A DNA stretch of 64,000 bases from the NCBI GenBank assembly GCA_026770705.1, contig JANJGN010000008.1, positions 149,110,001 through 149,174,000 on the forward strand, read 5' to 3'. This DNA is from Isurus oxyrinchus. Its lineage: Eukaryota. The notes under the pieces are model-generated. The model did no database searches. It saw only the letters and a list, made by a program, of their open reading frames with translations, and had not been told where the DNA came from. Shown here in pieces: positions 13,955 through 25,006 of the stretch. How positions within the stretch are numbered: position 1 is the stretch's first letter; each line of letters begins with the position of its first letter. Both the position numbers and the translations under genes were made by a program.

Positions 13955-14065
13955 GTAACAAATAAACCTCTCAGGGGAAATGGCCAATTTTTAATTGTAA
14001 CTGTGTAAGGGGAGTGGAAAAGGACTCAGTTGAATCTGATGGGTCAGTGGAGCTACAGCAAATTC

Positions 14066-14166
14066 TGAAACAGAAAATGCTGGAAAAACTCAGCAAGCCT
14101 GGCAGTATCTGTGGAGAGAGAAACAGAGTGGATGTTTTGAGCCCCTATGACCCTTCATCAGAGCTG
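14066..14166 (-). mobile_element. Solo Penelope-like pseudo-LTR fragment with a CpG-decayed hammerhead motif
   Basis: aaaatgctggaaaaactcagca...gacccttcatcag; same module as 15180-15273. Confidence 0.75.
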
Positions 14167-14726
14167 TAGCTTCAGAGCAAATTCTGTGCTGCTACTGAGC
14201 ACCATAAGTGGGAAACTCAATTTACAGCTGCACCCCCCCCCCCACACCCATATTTCAATAGGAGAATAACTTATGTTGGCCAAAAATTGACAACTTTTAA
14301 CCATTTGGATTAATGTCAATGACAGCAACTTGAAGGCTCTGTTCATTTTGGGCAGAAACTTTTGTGCTTTCTCAATAGTTCACGTCTTGTAATGTTTAAT
14401 TACCCTTTGTCTACTTTAAGCTCTTCTAATTCCCACTTGTGGTGTGGGTTTTGATTTCGTGTTAAACACTGACTGCAGTGCAATAAATAAAATAAAGCTT
14501 GCAGTCAGAGTGGAGAAGGAAGCAACTGGGCAACAAGTCACTCAGCAGAAGGAATATTCTTGTTAGACAGTGATAGCGCTACCCAATTGTAAAACCCATA
14601 GCATGTAACACTGTTAAATATTGAGGGCTGTACTTTCATTTCAGCCTGTCCTGTCTCTTAACGAAAACGCACCCTGCTATTCTCAGGGAGGTCATCGATT
14701 TCATGCCATTTTCTCTTCCCCTGCAG

Positions 14727-14969
14727 CTAATCTGTCCAGGTCAGCATTTATATCACCTAAATGTTTCGGAGAGTTGGAAGACATGAGCCATATCTCTGCT
14801 TCACTGCGTCTGGATCATGAAGGTCTTCAGGCTGAGGAACAGGAGGCGGCGCCTTCATTCAAACATGCTCCCGTCACGAGGCTACCCTCGTTTCCACCAG
14901 CGCTGATCACCGCGCAGTCAACACCTTATGGCAAACCTCAGCCTGCCGGAGCTCCCATTCCCAGCACAG
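14727..14969 (+). CDS. NUP214: NUP214 coding exon, ANLSRSAFISPKCFGELEDMS...KHAPVTRLPSF...PST; phase 1 to 1
   Basis: ctgcAG acceptor and GTaaga donor; lies within track ORF 14621-14986; matches ASLSRSAFLS...RHAPVVRTPS. Confidence 0.94.
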
Positions 14970-15167
14970 GTAAGAGTGTGAAGTAAGAATTCTGCTGGCC
15001 AAGGTACTGTCATAGCAAAAAAAGAACTTGTAGCCTTCCACTACATCAGGATGTCCCAAAGCGCTTCACAGCCAAGCGTTGTAAAGTAACCATTATATGG
15101 AAAATGGGGCAGTCAGTATGAATGCAGCAAGTTCCACAAACAGCAATGAGATAAATGACCAGATAAT

Positions 15168-16935
15168 CCAAAACAAAAACAGAATTACCTGGAAAAACTC
15201 AGCAGGTCTGGCAGCATCGGCGGGGAAGAAAAGAGTTGACGTTTCGAGTCCTCATGACCCTTCAACAGAACTGAGTGAATATTAGGAGAGGGGTGAAATA
15301 TAAGGTGGGGGGGGTGGAGAAGTGGTGGGTGGGTGGTGTGGTTGTAGGGACAAGCAAGCAGTGATAGGAGCAGATAATCAAAAGATGTCACAGACAAAGG
15401 AACAAAGAGGTGTTGAAGGTGGTGATATTATCTAAATGAATGTGCTAGTTAAGAATGGATGGCAGGGCACTCAAGGTACAGCTCTAGTGGGGGTGGGGTG
15501 GAATAAGACTAGCAGGGCATACAAGATTTTAAAATAATGGAAATAGGTGGGAAAAGAAAAATCTATATAAATTATTGGAAAAAACAAAAGGAAGGGGGAG
15601 AAAACGGAAAGGGGGTGGGGATGGAGGAGGGAGTTCAAGATCTAAAGTTGTTGAATTCAATGTTCAGTCCGGAAGGCTGTAAAGTGCCTTGTTGGAAGAT
15701 GAGGTGCTGTTCCTCCAGTTTGCGTTGGGCTTCACTGGAACAATGCAACAAGCCAAGGACAGACATGTGGGCAAGAGAGCAGGGTGGAGTGTTAAAATAG
15801 CAAGCGACAGGGAGGTTTGGGTCTTTCTTGCGGACAGACAGCAAGTGTTCTGCAAAGTGGTCGCCCAGTTTACGTTTGGTCTCTCCAATGTAGAGGAGAC
15901 CGCATTGGGAGCAACGAATGCAGTAGACTAAGTTGGGGGAAATGCAAGTGAAATGCTGCTTCACTTGAAAGGAGTGTTTGGGCCCTTGGACGGTGAGGAG
16001 AGAGGAAGTGAAGGGGCAGGTGTTGCATCTTTTGAGTGGGCATGGACAGGTGCCATAGGTGGGGGTCGAGGGGTAGGGGGTGATGGAGGAGTGGACCAGG
16101 GTGTCCCGGAGGGAACGCTCCCTATGGAATGCCGCCGGGGGGGGTGAAGGGAAGATGTGTTTGGTGGTGGCATCATGCTGGAGTTGGCGGAAATGGCGGA
16201 GGATGATCCTTTGAATGCAGAGGCTGGTGGGGTGATAAGTGAGGACAAGGGGGACCCTATCATGTTTCTGGGAGGGAGGAGAAGGCGTGAGGGTGGATGC
16301 GCGGGAGATGGGCCGGACACGGTTGAGGGCCCTGTCAACCACCGTGGATGAAAAACCTCGGTTAAGGAAGAAGGAGGACATGTCAGAGAAACTGTTTTTG
16401 AAGGTAGCATCATCAGAACAGATGCGACGGAGGCGAAGGAACTGAGAGAATGGGATGGAGTCCTTAGAGGAAGCAGGGTGTGAGGAGCTGTATTTGAGGT
16501 AGCTGTGGGAGTCGCTAGGCTTGTATTGGATATTGGTGGACAGTCTATCACCAGAGATTGAGACAGAGAGGTCAAGGAAGGGAAGGGAAGTGTCAGAGAT
16601 GGACCATGTGAAAATGATGGAGGGGTGGAGATTGGAAGCAAAATTAATAAATTTTTCCCGACGAGAGCTTGAAGCAGTACTGAAGTAATCATTGATGTAC
16701 CAGAGAAAGAGTTGTGGAAGGGGGCCGGAGTAGGACTGGAACAAGGAATGTTCCACATACCCCATAAAGAGACCCCATAAATGGGGCCCATTTTATTTGG
16801 AGGAAGTGAGAGGAGTTAAAGGAGAAATTGTTCAGTGTGAGAACAAGTTCAGCCAGATGAAGGAAAGTAGTGGTGGATGGGGATTTTTCGGGCCTCTGTT
16901 CGAGGAAGAAGCTAAGGGCCTCAGACCATCCTGGT
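15168..16935 (-). mobile_element. 5'-truncated Penelope-like retroelement (RT C-terminal part, GIY-YIG endonuclease and pseudo-LTR), inserted into a DeuSINE-type SINE
   Basis: ORF 15635-16765 has a degenerate RT motif (WYINDY for RYIDD), a Cys-rich linker (CPLKRCNTC) and a GIY-YIG-type signature (VYCIRCSQCGLLYIGETKRKLGDHFAEH). SINE halves lie at about 15020-15167 and 16936-17030. Confidence 0.9.
15233..15273 (-). ncRNA. Minimal type I hammerhead-ribozyme motif in the Penelope-like pseudo-LTR (core variant CUGUUGA)
   Basis: Minus strand reads agtt-CTGTTGA-a-gggtc-atgag-gactc-GAAA-cg-TC-aact: stem I agtt/aact, stem II, GAAA and the palindromic ACGU mini stem III. Confidence 0.7.
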
Positions 16936-17557
16936 AATTCAGTTTGTGCTGTTGCTTGAGGGATAAATATTGCCCTGAGAGAAGACCCCTTCTCTTCAGG
17001 ATAGTACCATGAGATCTTTTACATCACCTGTGAGATGAAATGTCTTGTATTGTTTTCATATATTAACCTTTTTAGATGTGAAGTATCATTTGTGTTCCAG
17101 TTGAAAATCTAATGCAATTTTCATAATGTTTGTAAAAATGGCACTTTAAGTTTTATTGAACATGGGGTAGATTGTACTGATATAGAGGGTATATCGAATC
17201 ACAGCCAATCATTGGCCAAGGAAGAGCGTCCCTGGAACATTGTGTCTGTGAGATGTGTTTAGTTAGTACTGCTGGCTTTGGCTTCCCTTACTGTGACTTA
17301 CTTATAATAGTTACTTTCCCATCTGCCTCTTATTGAGTTTTGTAGAAGTGACAGGCTTAAATTTATGATAGCATCTTTCACCATCTCGGGATGTTTTAAT
17401 ATAGTGTACAACCAGTTGAGTAGTTTTGAAGTGTTGTTGCTGTTGTAATATTGAAAACGCAGCAGCCAATTTGCACACAGCAAGTTCCCACAAACAGCAA
17501 TGCAATAATGACAAGATAATTTTAGTGATATTAGTTGAGCCAGGACCCCAGGGAGAA

Positions 17558-20500
17558 TTTTTATTTTTTTCTTTCATGGGTTGTGGGCTTTGCTGGCTGA
17601 GGCAGCTTTTTATGCCCTTGAGAACGTAATGGTGAGCTGCCTTCTTGAACCACTGCAGTCCATATAGTGTAGGTGCGCCCACAGTGCTGTTAGGAAGGAT
17701 TTTGACCCAGCGACAGTGAAGAACGGCGATATATTTCCAAGTCAGGATGGTGAGTGATTTGGAGGAGAACTTCCAGGTGGTGGTGTTCCCATGTATATGC
17801 TGCCCTTGTCCTTCTAGATGGTAGTGGTCATGGATTTGGAAGGTGCTGTCTAAGGAGTCTTGGTGAATTCCTGCAATGCACCTTGTAGATGGTACACACT
17901 GCTGCTACTGTGCATTGGTTGTGGAGGGAGTAAATGTTTGTGGATGTGATGCCAATCAAGTGGCCTGCTTTGTTCTGGATGATGTCAACTTCTTGAGTGT
18001 TGTGGGAGCTGCACTCATCCAGGCAAGTGCAGAGTATTCCATCACACTCCTTCCTTGAGTCTTGTAGATGGTGGACAGGCTCTGGGGAGTCAGCAGGTGG
18101 GTTACTCGTTGCAGGATCCCTAGCCTCTGACCTGCTTTTGCCGTCACAATATTTATATGGCTAGTCCAGTTCAGTTTCTGGTCAATGGTAACCCCCCACC
18201 CCCCCTGGATGTTGATAACGGGGGATTCAGTAATGGTAATGCCTTTGAACGTCAAGGGGCGATAGTTAGATTATCCCTTGTTGGAGATGGTCATTGTCTG
18301 ACACTTGTGCGGCGCGCATGGTACTTGCCACTTGTCACCCCAAGCCTGGATATTGTCCAGGTCTTGCTGCATTTGGACATGGACTACTTCAGTATCTGAG
18401 GAGTCGCGAATGGTGCTGAACATTGTGCAATCATCAGCGAACATCCCCACATCTGACCTTATGATGGAAAGAAGGTCATTGATGAAGTAGCTGAAGATGG
18501 TTGGGACGAGGACACCACCCTGAGGAACTCCTGCAGTGATGTCCTGGAGCTGAGCTGACTGACCTCCAACAACCACAGCCATCTTCCTTTGTGTTAGGTA
18601 TGACTTCACCCAGCGGAGAGTTTTCCCCCTGGTTGCCATTGACTCCAGTTTTGCTAAGGCTCCTTGATGCCACACTCGGTCAAGTGCGACCTTGATGCCA
18701 AAAGCAGTCACTCTCACCTCAACTTGGGAGTTCAGCTCTTTTGTCCATGTTTGAACCAAGGCTATAACGAGGTCAGGAGCTGAGTGGCCCTGGCGGAACC
18801 CAAACTGTGCACCAGTGTGTAGGTTATTGCTAAGCAAGTGCCACTTGATAGCACTGTTGATGATCCCTTCCATTACTTTACTGATGACCGAGAGTAGACT
18901 GATGTGGTGGTAATTGGTCAGGTTGGATTTGTTCTGCATTTTACGTACAGTACATACCTGGGCGATTTTCCACATTGTCGGTTAGATGCCAGTATTGTAG
19001 CTGTACTGGAACGGCTTAATAGGAGCGTGGCAAGTTCTGGAGCACAAGCCTTCAGTAATATTGCCAGTTTATACCCTTTGCACTATCCAGTGCCTTCATC
19101 TGTTTCTTAGCATCACTTGGAGTGAATTGAACTGGCTGAAAACTGGCATCTGTGCTGCTGGGGACTTCCGGAGGAGGCTGAGATGGACCATCCACTTGGC
19201 ACCTGGCTGAAGATTGTAGCAAATACTTCAGCCTTATCTTTTATACTGATGTTCTGGGCCCCCTCCATCATTGAGGGTGGGGATATTTGTGGAGCCTCCT
19301 CCTCCAGTGAGTTGTTTAGTTGTCCACCACAATTCATGACTGGATGTTGCAGGACTGCAGAGCTTGGATCTGATCCGTTGGCAGTGGAATTGCTTAGTTC
19401 TGTCTATCACTTGCTGCTTATGTTGTTTGACATGCAAGTATTCCTGTGTTATAGCTTCACCAGGTTGACATCTCATGTTTAGGTATGCCTGGTGCTGCTC
19501 CTGGCATGCCCTCCTGCCTTCTTCATTGAACCAGGGTCGATTCCCTGGTTAATAGTAATGGTAGAGTGGGGGATATCCTGGGTCATGAGGTTACAGATTG
19601 TGTTTGAGTACAACTATGCTGCTGCTGATGGCCCACAGCGCCTCATGGATGCCCAGTCTTGAGTTACTAGATCTGTTTGAAATCTATCCCATTTAGCACG
19701 GTGGCAGTGCCACACAACATGATGGAGGATATCCTCAATGTGAAAACAAGACTTTGTGTCCACAACGACTGTGCGGTGGTCACTCCTACCGACACTGTCA
19801 TGGACAGATGCATCTGCAGCAGGCAGGTTGGTGAGGATGAGGTCAAGTATGCTTTTCCCTCTTGTTGGTTCCCTCACCAGCTGCCGCAGACCCAGTCTAG
19901 CAGCTATGTCGTTTAGGACTCGGCCAGCTCGGTCAGTAGTGGTGCTACCGAGTCACTCTTGGTGATGGACATTGAAGCCCCCCACCTAAAGCACATTCTG
20001 CGCCCTTGCCACACTCAGTGTTTCCTCCAAGTGGTGTTCAACATGGAGGAGCATTGATTCATCAGGTGAGCGAGGGCGGTACATGATAATCAGCAGGAGG
20101 TTTCTTTGTCCATGTTTGACCTAATGCCATGAGACTTCATGGGGTCCAGAGCCATATGTTGAAGACTCCCAGGGCAACTCCCTCCCGACGATATACCACT
20201 GTGCCCCCACCTCTACTGGGTCTGTTCTGCTGGTGGGACAGGACATACCCGTTGATAGTGTCTGCGACATTATAAGGTATAATTCTGTGAGGATGACTGT
20301 CAGGCGGTTGCTTGACTAGTCTGTGAGACAGCTCTCCCAATTTTGGCACTAGCCCCCAGATGTTAGTAAGGAGGACTTTGCAGGGTCGACAGGGCTGTTT
20401 CCTTTGTTGTTTCCAGTGCCTAGGTCAATGCCATGTGCTCCATCTGGTTTCATTCCTTTTTTGTGACTTTGTAGTGGTTTAATACAACCAAGTAGCTTGC

Positions 20501-20631
20501 TAGGCAACCACGTTGCTGTGGGTCTGGAGTCACATGCAGGCCAGATCAGATAAGGACGGCTGATTTCCTTCCCTAAAGGGCATTAGTGAACAATTGACAA
20601 TGGTTTCATGGTCAACATTAGACTTTTAATT
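17558..20631 (-). mobile_element. Near full-length, frameshifted non-LTR retrotransposon (APE endonuclease plus RT, CR1-related)
   Basis: APE motifs RPSRGGGTVVY (20137-20349) and LDLILTN...SDH (19614-19877); RT motifs QFGFRQG, GVPQGGVL and MFADDC (18271-18975); A-rich 3' tail near 17560. Confidence 0.92.
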
Positions 20632-21336
20632 CATTGCACAGCACTTCTGCTGTGTTATCCTTTAGACTGTGCCAAACAGCACTGTAGTGGGACACTCATC
20701 TAAGTTTGGGAAAGATGCACTGTTGTATCTGCCTGTGTTTTTTTTAAAGCTGTGGCAACATGAAAATTGGCGTTAAACTTCTTAGTCCACACACCAGTTA
20801 TTGGAGGTAATCTGGCATTTATGCTAATCAGCTGCTCTTATTCAAATGAGGCATCAAATTCTGACTTGATGTTAGAACAAAATAATGTCAGTAAGCCTAA
20901 AAAGAGATTTATTATGTGACTTTGCAGCATTAGGGTTGGCTTGCTTGATTTACCTGAGGTTTTGAGGTAATTACAGCTTTCATATTTTGATTCCTCTGTT
21001 TTGAAACAGGGTTTCCGATTAACTGGCGCTAACTCTTCAGGAATTCTGCAATTCTAGTTTAACTGGCAATAAAAATATGCACTTCCAAACAGGCTCAAGA
21101 ATCCAGGCCATCTCACTAATCTCCAAATGGCCACTAAATCTGGCAAGTAAAACATGGCTGTGGGAGTGGGAGGAGGATTACACAAGGATTGGTACAGTTG
21201 AGGGTTACTTGATTTAGTGTAATTTCATAAATGTTATGAACATACCGTAAGAAACAGGAGTTGCAATAGGCCCCATAAAACCTGCCAATAAGATCACGGC
21301 TGACCTTTCTCAGTAGCATATTCCCGCACTATCCCT

Positions 21337-21546
21337 TGTTGATGACATCTTAATTATGTACACAGATACACAGGTGAAAGGCATTGGTTAACTAAGTACT
21401 TAGAGCACTTATAAAGAGAGACTGCTGGGACACTGGGGCTGGTGGTAGGTTGGAAGCAGCCATATGTGATGTTGCATTGTGTGAATAAACCTATTATCTA
21501 AGAAATTATGAGTGTCTAGTTTCATGCTTCAGCGATTGGGTTAACA
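21337..21546 (+). mobile_element. 210-bp solo LTR with a 5-bp target-site duplication
   Basis: TGTT...AACA termini, TCCCT on both flanks (21332-21336 and 21547-21551), internal TATAAA and AATAAA. Confidence 0.8.
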
Positions 21547-21551
21547 TCCCT

Positions 21552-21650
21552 ATTCTGATGAAAGGTTGACCTGAAGCATTAATTTTGTTTCTCTCTCTCC
21601 AGAAATGATGCCTGACCTGTTTGAATGTTTTCAGCATTTTCTATTTTTTC
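21552..21650 (+). mobile_element. Solo Penelope-like pseudo-LTR fragment, sense orientation, degenerate hammerhead
   Basis: CTGATGA-a-aggt-tg-acct-GAAG-catt followed by the ...cagcattttct tail. Confidence 0.7.
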
Positions 21651-22439
21651 CCCCCATACCACTTGATTTCCCAGTGTACCAAATAATCTATCGATCCTTG
21701 CCGTGAATATACTCACTGGCTGCGCATCCATACATCTCTGGGTAGAAAATGCCAAAGATTCAGACCTCCCCCCAAATGAAGAAATTTCTTCTTGTCTCAG
21801 TCCTAAACCCCTTATCCTGAAACGATGACAAGCTAGGGAAAACAGCATCTCAGTATGTACGTTTCATGCTATCTGAGATTTGAAGGTGCCAATCTATCTT
21901 TAATGTAGATTGCTAAATGGTTTTTGTTCCCCTTTCCTGAACCATTAGACAACATGGAGAGGTCTCGGGATCGACAGAAAGCATAAAGATGAGGTGCAAA
22001 TAGCTTGCATTATTAGGACCGTGCAGGAAACTTCAACTCTTGGAATTGGAGTGCGAGCATCTTGCTAAGGACACGAAAAGCAGCCCTTAGTTGCTGCTGT
22101 TTAAAAGTTGAGGTGCCCAGGAACGTCTATCAAAAGATTGTATGATGTAAGAATGGGAGGGAGGATGCTACAGCCAAGAAGTCATCAGTCAATGCCAGCT
22201 CACCCTTTTCTTCATTCCCATCATGCTCAACTGCATCTAATTGAAATGGAATAGACATCTTCCTTACAGTTAGAAACAGTGCCAGTGTGTCATCCTGCAA
22301 CAGTCAAGCTTTTACAATTTGTAATCTAAAAAAATGGTGACTTGAAGCCATGGATGTTTGATTCAGGAAGAGCAAGCTAGCAGCAGTAAAGCCACATTTC
22401 TGCTTTTGTTACCTCCAGTCTTGGCTTCTCCAATGCTTC

Positions 22440-22890
22440 CTTTGCAACCTCCCATCTTTCGCCCTCAGTGATCTTCAGTTCATCCAAAAGTCTCCTGCCA
22501 GTTTCCTGACTCACTGAACCCCATTGACTCCTGGTTCAACCAAGCCTCAAATTTTAAAATCCTCATCTCTGTGTTCAAATCTGTCCACGTCCTCACCCCT
22601 CTCTATTTCAATGACCTCTTCCAGCCCTAAAATCATCAAGATCTCTGTATTCCTCCAATTCTGGCCTCTTGTGCATCTCTTGGTTTCTTTCAGGGTGGGC
22701 TTTTTATGTCTTTCTCTCTCTCTCTTTTCAGACACCCCTTGAAACCGACTTCTTCGACCAAGCTTTTGGTCACTTGTCCTAATATCTCCATATGGGCTTG
22801 GTGCCAAATTTTGTTTGATAATGCTCTTGTAAAGCGCCTTGGGACATTTGGCAATGTTAAAGGCGCTATATAAATGCAAGTTGATGTTGA
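22440..22890 (+). mobile_element. L2-clade LINE 3' fragment; similar copies at about 24150-24580(-), 30500-30690(-), 34350-34550(+), 55590-56090(+) and 62720-62943(+)
   Basis: LQ(F/L)IQ(K/N)S-type remnant, ttttaaaatcctcat, and the tail aaaggcgctatataaatgcaagttg. Confidence 0.7.
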
Positions 22891-22977
22891 GCAGGTGGGG
22901 AATTTCATAACTTTACACAGATGGCTTCTCAAAAATGTTTTTTTATTTCCTACCATCCACCTGCCCATTTCCATCAG

Positions 22978-23106
22978 TTCCAAAATCAACGGGTAAGATG
23001 GTGAAACATGGAGTACCAGCTGCCGAGAAGCCAGCCACCAGCCTTCCAGCTGCCCAAGCCGCTGCTCAAGCAGCTTTCCGGAGACAGATGACCAGTCAGA
23101 CAGCAG
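22978..23106 (+). CDS. NUP214: NUP214 coding exon, VPKSTGKMVKHGVPAAEKPATSLPAAQAAAQAAFRRQMTSQTA; phase 1 to 1
   Basis: catcAG acceptor and GTaact donor; matches KTVKHGAP...QAAAAAALRRQMASQ. The 5' boundary is less certain because an in-frame upstream AG exists at 22919-22920. Confidence 0.9.
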
Positions 23107-24812
23107 GTAACTAAATCACTGACTGTAACTGGCTGTGAGGGGGTGGGCGCAGCTGATACACACCTTGGATTGGAGTTCGATCATTTTTAAAAAAAGCAAA
23201 CTCCATGCTCCAGAGATGCCGCCTTTTGGGATGAAACATTAAACCGACACCCTGCCTGCCCCTTCATGGGTGTAAAAGATCCTGTGGCCACTATTCCGAA
23301 GAAGAGGAGAGGAATTATCCATGGTATCCTGGCCAATATTCCAAACCTAAATTATTTTAAAAATAAACTATTTAACTGGTCGTTATCACATTGCTGTTTG
23401 TGGGAGCTTGCTGTGCACAGATTGGCTGCTGTGTTTTCTACACTCTCAGACGTACTCGATTGGCTGCAAAGTGCTTTGAGGTCCTGAGGTCATGAATGGC
23501 ACAAAATAAATTTCAATAAGTTTCATAAACTTGACACCTGTTCAGTGGTGATAGAGGAGAGGGGATGTCAAGCTATGACCCGAGGACCCTTTGCAACCTG
23601 ACCCTCCGTTTCTGCCTCTTGCTCATTGGGTTTGTCCTGCCTGAAATGTTGTGGGTCCCTGAGATTTTGCAGGGGGCTGTAATTGTATTGCCTCATCGTT
23701 GAATCTTGATGTTCTGCTTTAGGATTTATCCATTCCGTTTGCAGATTAATGGAATTCATGCTCTCTGTGACACTTTGAGGGTTCTTGTCTTTTCCCCAAG
23801 TGGCAGTACAGCCAAAAAATCAGGGACACTGCCGAACTACAGGAATGCATAAGTGGTCTTTGGTCAATAGGCATGATGGGGGAAGATGACCAAAACTTAT
23901 GACTTTAGACCAATGACAATGTTTCATCACTGCACTGCCAGTTACCTCAAATATGCAATCCCTAAAAACTTCTAAGAGATCGTACAATATTTTGGCCTTA
24001 GATGAGGGTCCACCTTACACTAAATGCGAAGGGTCAGAGTGGCCATTGCCAATGTAGAGATGCTTAGTTTCAAAGTTGTTAGACAGTTGAAAAGTTCAGA
24101 AAGATGGAACATAAGTTGCAAAATCATCTGATTTGTAACCTCCTCGTAGCATACAATGACAGCTTATGTTTGTGTGGCACCCCTTGACATAGCAAAATAT
24201 CCTAAGGTGCTTCAAGAGTGTAGTCAGACAAAATTTGACACTGGGTCTTGTGAAGAGACTTTGGAACAGATGACTAAAAGCTTGGTCATAGAGAAAGGTT
24301 TAAAGGAGTGTTGTAAACGAGCAGAGAGTGGTAGAGAGGCAGAGGGTTTTGGGAGGGAATTCCAGAGCTTAGGGCTTAGGCAGTTGAGGGAGCAGACACT
24401 TGTGGTGGAGTGATTAAAATGAATAATGTGCAAGAGGCCAGAGCTGGAGGAGCACGGGTATGTTAGAGGGTTGTATGGCTGGAGGAGGTAGCAGAAATAG
24501 GAAGAAAGGTGAGGCTTTGGCTGGCTTTGAAAACATGGATGAGAATTTTAAAATTGAGACATTCCTCGACCAGGAGCCAGCGAAGGACACTTTGGGGCAG
24601 CTGTTCAGATATGCTGTATGTGAAGTGTAAATTGGACTTGCTTTGGCTTAGGTGCAGGCATGTATCTACGAAATAGACATCTTTATAACTTAAGCATGGC
24701 GTATGAGTTTTCTAACATTGTAACCTTTTAAATCTGTTCCATTAGAGACAGGAAAAGGGTATTTAATTGAGAAATAGTGGTTTATTTTGAAATTGTTTTT
24801 TGTTAAATTTAG

Positions 24813-24918
24813 TTCCAAGTGCTGTCCTCACAGAACCAGAACAAAAGGAAACTGCCCCACCCATCGGTGCTCAATTCCTGAAAGATACAGGCTCGTCTCA
24901 GAATCTACTGACTGTCTG
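24813..24918 (+). CDS. NUP214: NUP214 coding exon, VPSAVLTEPEQKETAPPIGAQFLKDTGSSQNLLTV; phase 1 to 2
   Basis: tttAG acceptor and GTgagt donor; supplies exactly the phase 1-to-2 bridge needed; weak similarity to [23 protein letters not shown]. Confidence 0.82.
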
Positions 24919-25006
24919 GTGAGTAGCAACATTTACCATTTGGAGAGATGGAAGGAAATGCAAGCTATTGTTCATCAAAGGTGAAACCTAAATGCTTCCC
25001 TTTGCA

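Noticed and set aside
15635-16765. Active or domesticated RT-endonuclease gene (376 aa)
   Set aside because: The element is 5'-truncated, the catalytic YIDD reads YIND, and the upstream sequence is rearranged at about 16760-16800. It is a dead Penelope-like copy.
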